From UHGV virus genome UHGV-1455077: DNA of 64,000 nucleotides, one strand, 5' to 3'. Shown in pieces: positions 55,434-64,000 of the stretch. This stretch comes from a virus. Both the position numbers and the translations under genes were made by a program. Below the pieces are notes generated by a model, which did not search any database, was not told the DNA's origin, and worked only from the letters and a program-made list of their open reading frames with translations. Position 1 is the first letter of the stretch. Each line of letters starts with the position of its first letter.

Positions 55434-55554
55434 TTTAGGATTATAAGTTAAAACATTTAAAAAGAGAGAGTTTAATAACTCTCTCTTTTCTTTTATCCAA
55501 TACTGTATTCAATAAATAATTCTATATAGATAAAAATTTATTAGAGGATTAATT

Positions 55555-57942
55555 ATGAATCAATTATATAAACTTTTTAATGTAAAATCAGATAGAGAAT
55601 ATAGAAAAGTTATGGAAAATATGGATTTATCTCCATATGATATGTTTAAAATTGAAGATATTGCAAACAACGGACAAGATTTAACTGAACAACGTCAATT
55701 AGTTTTAAGTTTGCTTGCATTGACAACTAATGATAATTATAAATTTTGCAAAAATCAATTTAATAAAAACAATACTCCACGTAAATTAAAAGAAAATGTT
55801 ACTGTTCCACAAGAACAATCATTAACATTAAATGACATTATGGAACTTAATGATATAATTGATTTAGTTGCAAAAAAATGCCATAATAATAAGATGGCAT
55901 ATCAACAATTATATCAAGTTGTTGCAAAATCAACAAGTAAAAATATTGCTAACGCATTTTTTAATATGGCATTTAACGCTCAAAATACAGATGACAATTT
56001 AAAATTTAATACAGATTTAGTTGTTGATAATCAAAATGTTGCTCAAGCAATTTATCAAATTAAATCATTAATTAAATCAGCACTTAATTCAATTCAAGAA
56101 CCAAAAAAAGAAGAAAAAATTAATGAATCTGTTTTAAATGAAGATAACTTTCCTGAAGCAGTAAAAAATATATATGCTTTATTTCACAGCAATAATAATG
56201 TTGATGATTTAAATAAAATTATTTCAATGTTGGATAATAAAATTAATGTTTCTCGTTCAACAAAAGAAAAGAATTTTTTTAATTCTATTAAAACAAATGT
56301 AATTGCAAAATTAAATAAATTAAAAAAAGATAATGTTACAGAATGTTTAGCAAGTAATGTTGTTTCTACTGCTGTTGAAGAAGATACATTTAATGGCTTA
56401 TTAGATGATTTAGCAAAGCCAACTATTATTAATATAACTGTTAATAAAGAAACAGGAAATATTGATGATGTTCAACCAGTTTTAAATGATACACCAAATA
56501 TGGATTTAATTAATGGTGTTCAAGCTGTTCAGCCTTTAACATTATCACCAACTGCAATTGATGCTCCAATTTTACAAAAACCAGACCAAGCATCTGTTGT
56601 TTCTGCATTATCAGCATTATCTTCACATTTAAATGATACTAAATCAGATTCTCGTGAAAATAATTTAGAATGTTTACAAACAATCAATACATTATTAAAT
56701 CAAATATCATCATATTTTAATAGTTTACTTTCAGAAAGCAAAATGAAAATTAACAATGATGGCGTAATGGAACTTAATGAAGCAGATATTTTTGAACATA
56801 ATGCAAAACCTGATTTCACATATACTTTTCAAACACCAGATAATCACTATATTGAATTTAGTGGATATAAATTAAATGATAATTCATATGATATTGATTT
56901 AATGGATGAAGATTATAATTATATTACAACTTCTGAATTTACAAAAAATGGAGCTTCGGATAATAATATTAAAAATAATATTATTAAAATGAAACAAAAT
57001 TGGAATTTAATTGAAAAAGCATTAATAAACAAAATTAATACTTATAATGAAGATTTTCAACTTTCAGAAGATGTTGATTCAAAAAAACTTTTCAAAAATG
57101 ATGATGCAATAGCTCGTTTACAAAATGAAATTATTCGTCTTAAACAAAAATTAAAAGAACCAACATCTGATAAAAAATACTATGGTGTTAAATTATCATA
57201 TGCTGAAACTAAATTAAGAAAATTATTAGCCAAAAATGATGAAATAATGAATGAAGAAACTGTTTTTGACCATTCTTGGTATGAAAATGATGATGGAGAT
57301 TTTCCAAAAAGAACAAAAGAAGGTGTAATCATTGAAGATGAAGAAGTTGATGAAACTTGTTCTGCTGGAGCTACTGGGGCAGGAAATGTTGCAATGACAT
57401 CTCTTCCGATTGGTAAAAAAAGAAAATTATCAATAGGAGAATCTTTATTATTAAAATTTATTAAAGAAGGTCGTGATTGTACATCAATTTTTGATGGTCA
57501 TCATTATATGTTAAAAAATGGCTATCTTTATAAAGATGCTCAATTAGTAAAAACAAAAAACTTAAATGAAATGGTTGAATTTATTCAAGGAAATGTTGAT
57601 TTACCAATATTAGATGGGTTTTTACCAATGCATTTAGATATGATGTTAGAAGAAGATGTTAATAATCCAAATGAACTTTCAGATATGGATTTAACTCCTG
57701 AACAACGTCAATTAAAACAAAAGCAAGAACAAGATTTAGATACTCGTATTGATTCGGGGACAGATACAAAAGTATCTGTTGAAAATACAGATGATAATAA
57801 GATTGAATTAAATCAAGAATTAGTTGGCGTTGATGATACAGATATTAACAATAAACAATATGTTGTAAAAAATCCATCAACAAATAAAATTAAAATTGTT
57901 AAATCAAGTCAAATTAAAACTACTGATGACCAAGGAATTTAA
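55555..57942 (+). CDS. hypothetical large protein
   Basis: 795-aa ORF; late box 55511-55518. Confidence 0.45.
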   Translation: MNQLYKLFNVKSDREYRKVMENMDLSPYDMFKIEDIANNGQDLTEQRQLVLSLLALTTNDNYKFCKNQFNKNNTPRKLKENVTVPQEQSLTLNDIMELNDIIDLVAKKCHNNKMAYQQLYQVVAKSTSKNIANAFFNMAFNAQNTDDNLKFNTDLVVDNQNVAQAIYQIKSLIKSALNSIQEPKKEEKINESVLNEDNFPEAVKNIYALFHSNNNVDDLNKIISMLDNKINVSRSTKEKNFFNSIKTNVIAKLNKLKKDNVTECLASNVVSTAVEEDTFNGLLDDLAKPTIINITVNKETGNIDDVQPVLNDTPNMDLINGVQAVQPLTLSPTAIDAPILQKPDQASVVSALSALSSHLNDTKSDSRENNLECLQTINTLLNQISSYFNSLLSESKMKINNDGVMELNEADIFEHNAKPDFTYTFQTPDNHYIEFSGYKLNDNSYDIDLMDEDYNYITTSEFTKNGASDNNIKNNIIKMKQNWNLIEKALINKINTYNEDFQLSEDVDSKKLFKNDDAIARLQNEIIRLKQKLKEPTSDKKYYGVKLSYAETKLRKLLAKNDEIMNEETVFDHSWYENDDGDFPKRTKEGVIIEDEEVDETCSAGATGAGNVAMTSLPIGKKRKLSIGESLLLKFIKEGRDCTSIFDGHHYMLKNGYLYKDAQLVKTKNLNEMVEFIQGNVDLPILDGFLPMHLDMMLEEDVNNPNELSDMDLTPEQRQLKQKQEQDLDTRIDSGTDTKVSVENTDDNKIELNQELVGVDDTDINNKQYVVKNPSTNKIKIVKSSQIKTTDDQGI

Positions 57943-57951
57943 GGATAAAAA

Positions 57952-60486
57952 ATGAAATTAGAACAAATTATTACAGAGAATTTTCAAACTGTTTCTATTA
58001 ATGGTATTCTTTATTCATTAAATACTGATGAAAAAGCAATTTATGATAAAATTAAAAAAGAAGAAAATAAAAAATTATTTAAAAAAGATTTAGATGAATT
58101 TAGTCAAAGAATTGCTTCTGGATTAGTTACTAAAGGTATTTTACAACGTAGAAAAAATCCACAACACGAAATTTATTTTACAACTCGTGGACGTAGAAAA
58201 AATGCTGTTTTCAATAGACCATTGGAAGAAGTTGCTCCACCAGATATTGCAAGTGAAAAATGGATTAATAAAAATAAAGAAAAATTTAAAGAAAAATATG
58301 GAAGTAATTATAAAAAATATCTTTATGGTAAAGCTTGGAATATGTATAATGGAAAAGGTTTATCAGAAAGTTATAATGTTTTACTTGAAGGCATTACTGA
58401 ATTACAAAAATATTTTCCAAAAATTCCTTTAAAAAGAATTCAGGAATTAGTCGCTCTTGACCCAACATATAAGGGTGGTAATGAATTGGGTACATATGGT
58501 AAATGGATTTTAAAATTAGTTAATAATAATTTAAAAAATGAAGAAAATATTAAACAATTTGAAGAACTTAAAAAGAAATATCCAGATGGAATTAATCCAA
58601 AATCAGGTCAACCATTTATGCAACCAAAATTATTACCAGCTATTAAAGATGAAGACTTATATAAAATTACTGATTCATTAAAGCAATATAATATTAATAA
58701 AAAAGAAATTGGTAAGCCAATTGATTCTTTTCAAACATTACAAGATTTGGATAAAGAATTAAGCACTATTAAACAATCTGGAATACCAACAAATGAATTA
58801 GCATTAAAACGTTACAATATTGCTAAAAAAGGCGTTGAAAAAGGATTTAAAATAGTATACGAAGATGCAGATTGGTTAGTTGGTATTCCAACAACTAAAG
58901 AATCATCTTGTTTATTTGGTGATGATACATCTTGGTGTACAACTTCACCAGGTCAAAGTTATTATGAACATTATACAAAAGATGGGCCTTTATATATTAA
59001 TTTAAATAAAAATACAGGTCAACTATATCAATTCCATTTTGAAACAGATTCTTTTATGGATGAACACGATAATGAAGTTAATATTTTGAAATTATCTCGT
59101 AAATTTTCAAACGATTTAGTTAAATTTTATGATAATGTTGTTAAAAATGGAATTAACAATAATAAAACTAAAGATAAATTTATTCAATATCGTTATTTAT
59201 TTAATGATGATGATTTTGAAAATAATGATTTAGAAGATTATAAAGAAACACTCAAAAGTCGCCCATATTCTATTCAGTATATTCGTAACCCAACACAAGA
59301 ACTTATTGATATAGCAATCCAAGTATCTCCTTCAGTTATTAAATATATTGAACATCCAACACAAGAACAAATAGATTTATATATTAAAGAAAATCCAAGA
59401 GAAGCCATACATTTTATGGATACATTTTCGGATGAAAAATTATTAGAAATTATAAAAGAAAGAAATGATTTATTTAAATATTTTTATAATAAAGATGTTT
59501 CTCGTTTTACACCTGATTTATTTAATAAAGCATTAGATGTTTTAGATTTAACAAAAGATGATGATATTTTAAATACTAATTTTTCAGAAAAAGATGTATT
59601 TACAATTGTTAATAAATTTTTTAATATTAAAAATACAGACTATTATTCTAAAGAAAATTTAAAACTTTGTGTTAGATTATCAAAAATTGATATTAACAAT
59701 GTGCCAGAAGATATGAGATATAAATTATTAGTTATATATCCAAAACTTTTTGAAAACCTTAATGAAATTAGAGAAATTGATATGCAAGCACTCGTAGATA
59801 CTGCTAAAAATCAATATAATATTGGCGATACATCTGATTTAGAAATTAATTCAAATATTAAAACTATTTCAAAAAAATGTATTAATTTATTATTTAAATA
59901 TGTAAAAATAATAATACAAAAAGGTTTTAGTGTTTATATATCATCATTTTATGAATTTTTTAGTGTTGAAGATGCTATAAAATTTATAAAAATATTACCA
60001 GGTAATTTAACAAATATTGTATATAGCTTTGTTGAAGATACTGATAAATTTATTTCATTAATTAATACTTTATTTACATCTGAATTTGATTTTATAAAAT
60101 CTAATTATGTTAACAATGGATTGCTAAATAGATTAAGAAACTTAATTTTAAATGATATTCTTCCTGTTTATAATCGTTTAGATGAAGATGCCAAAAATAA
60201 TATTTTAGAGGTATTTATTGATAATATGGTATCAAAAGAACATAAATATTCAAGAGATTATAAATTATTAAAGAGATTTAATATTGACATACCTTATAAA
60301 TTACAAAAGAAAATAGCCGTTTTATCACCTGAAAGCGTTGTTGGAATTAAAAATTTAGATATTAGACTTCAAAAAGCATTGATTGAAAAAAATCCATTTA
60401 ATATTAAATTTATAAATAATCCAGATGCCGAAATTATTAAAATGGCATATGAAAAAGACCCTGATACAAAAAATTATATTAGATAG
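57952..60486 (+). CDS. hypothetical large protein
   Basis: 844-aa ORF. Confidence 0.45.
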   Translation: MKLEQIITENFQTVSINGILYSLNTDEKAIYDKIKKEENKKLFKKDLDEFSQRIASGLVTKGILQRRKNPQHEIYFTTRGRRKNAVFNRPLEEVAPPDIASEKWINKNKEKFKEKYGSNYKKYLYGKAWNMYNGKGLSESYNVLLEGITELQKYFPKIPLKRIQELVALDPTYKGGNELGTYGKWILKLVNNNLKNEENIKQFEELKKKYPDGINPKSGQPFMQPKLLPAIKDEDLYKITDSLKQYNINKKEIGKPIDSFQTLQDLDKELSTIKQSGIPTNELALKRYNIAKKGVEKGFKIVYEDADWLVGIPTTKESSCLFGDDTSWCTTSPGQSYYEHYTKDGPLYINLNKNTGQLYQFHFETDSFMDEHDNEVNILKLSRKFSNDLVKFYDNVVKNGINNNKTKDKFIQYRYLFNDDDFENNDLEDYKETLKSRPYSIQYIRNPTQELIDIAIQVSPSVIKYIEHPTQEQIDLYIKENPREAIHFMDTFSDEKLLEIIKERNDLFKYFYNKDVSRFTPDLFNKALDVLDLTKDDDILNTNFSEKDVFTIVNKFFNIKNTDYYSKENLKLCVRLSKIDINNVPEDMRYKLLVIYPKLFENLNEIREIDMQALVDTAKNQYNIGDTSDLEINSNIKTISKKCINLLFKYVKIIIQKGFSVYISSFYEFFSVEDAIKFIKILPGNLTNIVYSFVEDTDKFISLINTLFTSEFDFIKSNYVNNGLLNRLRNLILNDILPVYNRLDEDAKNNILEVFIDNMVSKEHKYSRDYKLLKRFNIDIPYKLQKKIAVLSPESVVGIKNLDIRLQKALIEKNPFNIKFINNPDAEIIKMAYEKDPDTKNYIR

Positions 60487-60495
60487 GAATATACA

Positions 60496-61536
60496 ATGAT
60501 AAGAATGATAAAATTAGTTAACCAAAAACCTTTACATAAACAAATTATCCAAGAAGATTGGGGTAAACTTATTGTTCTTGATAAAAATGTACGTAATATT
60601 CTTTCAGGATGGAACACATCATCTTCTGATTTAGGAAAAGATGCTGAAGTAAAAGTTGTTCAAACATCAGGAAAAGAATTATGGTCTATATTAAATGAAG
60701 ATAATATATTAGGTGTTGTTATTAGATATAAGCAAGACAGTTTAATTCTTATTACAAATAATTATTCTAATGAATTTAAAATTAGAGAATTAGCTGATTT
60801 AGAAGATATTAATTCAAATATTACCTATTATGAAAATCGTTTATCTGTGCCAAGAACTTTTAAAAGTGAATCAGGATGTGTAAAATTATGTAATTCTATT
60901 ATTAAGTTTTTAGCATCATTATCATCGGTTAATCCTGATGAATTTTCTGACATTCCTAATACAACAAAAGAAATTGCATCTAAAATTAATTTTCAAATTG
61001 TTTATGAAGATTTAGAAAGAAATAAAAAACAGGCAGAAAGAAAAAAACTATCGTCATATAAAAATACAGTTAATCGAAATAATATTTCTACACCTTCAAA
61101 TTATGCAATGGAATCAGGAACTTTAAAACAACGTTTAAAGGATTTCCTTGAAAATAGATTACCTAATTATAATGATATTTCACAACTTCCAAAAGATATG
61201 AAGTTATTTAAAGAAAATACTCAATTTAAATTATTTGGTTGTGTTTATAAATTTGAAGGTTATAATAGCAGTTCATTGAAAAAACTTCTATTAAATAAAA
61301 CTGGTTATATTAATTTTGAGAATGAATATCGTTATAATTATAAAGACCACTTTAATGAATATCCAAAAGATATTGTATTTGAAATTGGTTTAAATAATCA
61401 ATATCAATTATATGTTAAAAATATATATTTTTATGCTGGTAGCAATTATTCATATTCTATTGATGAATTACAACCAATAGAACAATTTACAGCTTATATA
61501 GCTAATATAAAAAATAAATCTAATGACGAAGAATAA
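60496..61536 (+). CDS. hypothetical protein
   Basis: 346-aa ORF. Confidence 0.4.
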   Translation: MIRMIKLVNQKPLHKQIIQEDWGKLIVLDKNVRNILSGWNTSSSDLGKDAEVKVVQTSGKELWSILNEDNILGVVIRYKQDSLILITNNYSNEFKIRELADLEDINSNITYYENRLSVPRTFKSESGCVKLCNSIIKFLASLSSVNPDEFSDIPNTTKEIASKINFQIVYEDLERNKKQAERKKLSSYKNTVNRNNISTPSNYAMESGTLKQRLKDFLENRLPNYNDISQLPKDMKLFKENTQFKLFGCVYKFEGYNSSSLKKLLLNKTGYINFENEYRYNYKDHFNEYPKDIVFEIGLNNQYQLYVKNIYFYAGSNYSYSIDELQPIEQFTAYIANIKNKSNDEE

Positions 61537-61585
61537 TTAATTTATTTAAACTATAAATATTAAAAAATCCATCATAAATATTATT

Positions 61586-62032
61586 ATGATGGATTTTTCT
61601 GAAATTAAACAAAAGATTTTAACTGATGATAATGTTGCATCAGCGTTTGAATATATGCTATCAAAAATGATTTTTGAAAATCCTGTAAAACCATTACAAT
61701 TCATATATAAGAAATGTAAAATTGCTACGGGAAAAAATAATTTATATTCAATATATGATGCTAAGACAGGCGTTAAATTATATAATAAAATTTATTTTCA
61801 AGAAGTTGCCAAATATGTAGTCGATAATCTTAATTGTTATGGAAAAATTTCTCATATATTATTTTTAGAAAATGAGCTTATTAGATATAAAGAAAAAATA
61901 GATTTTTTTAAAAAATATTATATGCAGAAAAAAACAGATATTTTAGGAATTAAATTATCTGCAATGTATGATTCATATTTTCAAATTAAAAATAGTTTAT
62001 TAAATGTTCTTAAAGAGAATATTGGATATTAA
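61586..62032 (+). CDS. hypothetical protein
   Basis: 148-aa ORF. Confidence 0.4.
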   Translation: MMDFSEIKQKILTDDNVASAFEYMLSKMIFENPVKPLQFIYKKCKIATGKNNLYSIYDAKTGVKLYNKIYFQEVAKYVVDNLNCYGKISHILFLENELIRYKEKIDFFKKYYMQKKTDILGIKLSAMYDSYFQIKNSLLNVLKENIGY

Positions 62033-62489
62033 TTATTTCGTATTCATTATCATTATATTCAAAATAATCATTCAATGATAATCCAATCATTTCTTTAACA
62101 AATGGTGCTTGAATAGATATTAACCCATTGCTTATATCAGATTCATACGTACTAACAATAGTATATCTTTTAATTTCTTCAGTTTCAGTATTTATAAATG
62201 TAACTGTTGCTCCAAATCCAATTTTATAATTTCCTTTTTCATTATAACAAATCATTGTTTTTTCAAATATTCGAGAATCTCTTAAAATATCTTGTAAATC
62301 TGATATTTTTTTTTCAATTCTATTTTGAAAATCTATGGCTTGTAAATATTCAGGCGGAAATTCATCTGAAACACCAATTGGACGTGTTTCCTCAAGCATT
62401 TGATAGGCTTTGGGTCTTTCATTATGAACTAGCTCATTTAGTTCATTACTTAATTTATCATATCCTTTTCTTGTTATAATTATTGTCAT
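62010..62489 (-). CDS. GreA/GreB-family transcription elongation factor-like protein
   Basis: N-terminal coiled-coil TRKGYDKLSNELNEL. C-terminal GATVTFINTETEEIKRYTIVSTYESDISNGLISIQAPFVKEMIGLSLND parallels GreA [26 protein letters not shown]...ISVNSPIARGLIGKEEDD. Confidence 0.55.
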   Translation of the reverse strand: MTIIITRKGYDKLSNELNELVHNERPKAYQMLEETRPIGVSDEFPPEYLQAIDFQNRIEKKISDLQDILRDSRIFEKTMICYNEKGNYKIGFGATVTFINTETEEIKRYTIVSTYESDISNGLISIQAPFVKEMIGLSLNDYFEYNDNEYEIINIQYSL

Positions 62490-62887
62490 ACATTTTTTCC
62501 ATTCTAAATATAATGGTCAGATATATAAATTATAAATCTAACCATTATATAATTAATTTATGGTAATATTTATTACATATTATACAAAATACTTAATCCT
62601 GTTTCAACTTCATCTAAAACAGTTTTTGTTTTTTCAATATCTTCTTTATTTTTCATTTTTGATTTAGCCATTTTTTTAATTAATGCAGGCTTAATCATCA
62701 ACTCTTTATCATCAATACCTTCATTTAATGATTCACATCTTGACTTAATATCATCATTCATACTATCAGTTAAGTCTTTAATTTCTTCTAATGCAGTAAT
62801 GGCACTTTCAATAACATTTTTTAGTTTTGTTCGGTCTTCTGCATTAAAATTTCTTTCTTCAAAAATATTCATAATCTTTTTTTCTCC

Positions 62888-63205
62888 TTATATAATTTTT
62901 AATGATGAGCCAATCCATTCATCTAACTCATCTAAATCCATAGCAATTGAACTATCTAACAATTCTGCTTTTATATGAGATGTAATAAGCATAACAACAG
63001 GAACAGCATTATAACCTAATTGTGTTATAATATCAATATTAGAACATTCGTAAAAATCTAAATCATATTTCTTTGAATTTTCAATTTCTTCAAGATTTTC
63101 TTGAGTCATTTTACAAGGAATACAATTTGGCTGTCCAAATTTTACAAGTGATGGTCTAATACCTGTAAGAGCATTTAGTTCTTCCATCGTTTTAATTTCT
63201 TTCAT
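62888..63205 (-). CDS. thioredoxin/glutaredoxin-like redox protein
   Basis: CIPC active-site-like motif after a beta-strand (VKFGQPNCIPCK); cis-Pro-like AVPVV later. Confidence 0.35.
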   Translation of the reverse strand: MKEIKTMEELNALTGIRPSLVKFGQPNCIPCKMTQENLEEIENSKKYDLDFYECSNIDIITQLGYNAVPVVMLITSHIKAELLDSSIAMDLDELDEWIGSSLKII

Positions 63206-63711
63206 TAGTATTCTCCATATTTAATTTTATTATAGCTTGATGAAATTAAATTAACCATCATTGGTATATCCTTAATACCATTATGTGTTTTTTTCATCAT
63301 TGGTAAATTTGAAATATAGCATAAAGTGCTTATATCTTTAAATTTATACATTGTTGGCCCTTTAAAATTTAATGTATCATAGGCATTTAAAAGTATTGGA
63401 GCATCAAATGAAGTATTACACCATACATTTGTATTCCATATATCATCTCCATTGATTTCATTTAATACATTAAATAATGGTTGGGAATTTGAAAAAAATG
63501 TTTCTTGAACATCTTTATCTAAAGTTTCAATCCAATTAATTGTTTCAGCATCAATATCAAACAGTTGAATATCAATTAAATTTGCATCAACATTTAAATG
63601 TTTTTCAAGGAATATCTCTCCATTTTCAATATCAAACATTGCGTACGATATTCTTGCAATCGCCGCATTTCTTTTTAATGAAAATGTTTCTAATGTTAAT
63701 ACAGTTTCCAT
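63205..63711 (-). CDS. hypothetical protein (possible DEDD-type exonuclease)
   Basis: AMFDIENGE near N-terminus resembles exo motif I; weak. Confidence 0.3.
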   Translation of the reverse strand: METVLTLETFSLKRNAAIARISYAMFDIENGEIFLEKHLNVDANLIDIQLFDIDAETINWIETLDKDVQETFFSNSQPLFNVLNEINGDDIWNTNVWCNTSFDAPILLNAYDTLNFKGPTMYKFKDISTLCYISNLPMMKKTHNGIKDIPMMVNLISSSYNKIKYGEY

Positions 63712-64000
63712 ATTAAAATATTCCTATAATTGTGATTTTATTTTATTTAATACATCAAAATCAATATTTTCTAAATAATTATCAGAATTTTCTTTTTTTA
63801 CAACCCAGCCAAGAGTTTTTTTACCGTTACCTTTATCAATCCGTCTACGTAAAAAAACATAATTATCTCTTTTAACAGTATTTTTCAAATAATTTATAGT
63901 TTTTTCTAAATCTGACATAGTTTTCCTTACATTAAATGTCTATATGAATTTGGAGTATATGCAAGTAATTTTATTTCAATGATGTCAGCATCATCGCCAT

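Noticed and set aside
1-64000. Second VR / additional DGR targets in the other fibre genes
   Set aside because: The GC-rich TR 3' end (ggtgcggggc) and its reverse complement occur only at 5101-5110 and 6681-6690. No other copy was seen by eye.
1-64000. CRISPR array or tandem-repeat search
   Set aside because: No regularly spaced direct repeats were seen. The only repeat families are the TR/VR pair, promoter motifs, the HEG-flanking 12-mer and one intragenic duplication.

Overview
AT-rich (~27% GC) window from a large tailed dsDNA phage, read directly from the sequence and the ORF track. T4-like replication and late-gene features: a gp44-like clamp-loader ATPase, a gp61-like primase and gp41/DnaB-like helicase, a dNMP kinase, and AATAAATA late-promoter-like boxes upstream of structural genes. 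It also carries GroEL and GroES, at least 8 tRNAs, two freestanding homing endonucleases, and several large tail-fibre/tailspike proteins with CBM5/12-like repeats. The main discovery is a complete diversity-generating retroelement (DGR) at 4998-7728. It has a 116-bp template repeat (TR, 4998-5113, + strand) and a BPP-1 Brt-like reverse transcriptase (5239-6570, + strand) with the DGR-specific IGxxxSQ motif. The convergent target gene (6649-7728, - strand) has a 3' variable repeat (VR, 6675-6790) that differs from TR at 18 TR-adenine positions, mostly in AAY codons, plus one T-to-G mismatch. Three hairpins lie just past the VR. Immediately upstream on the - strand is a tmRNA gene (tag peptide ANENVNYNYNVIAA*). 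Its 3' tRNA-like end, almost identical to E. coli ssrA, sits 5' of the GGGG 5' end, so the gene appears circularly permuted (two-piece). A GIY-YIG endonuclease gene lies between the tmRNA and the DGR. Other notable content: a 1342-aa SF2-helicase/gamma-class N6-adenine methyltransferase fusion (Type ISP-like or DarB-like), a CcrM-like methyltransferase, Tpt1/KptA and a Thg1-like protein next to the tRNA cluster, an FtrC-like Cys-rich protein, a NarL/FixJ-type response regulator, and a GreA-like factor. All functional calls are motif-level reads from the translations and should be confirmed by HMM/BLAST searches.
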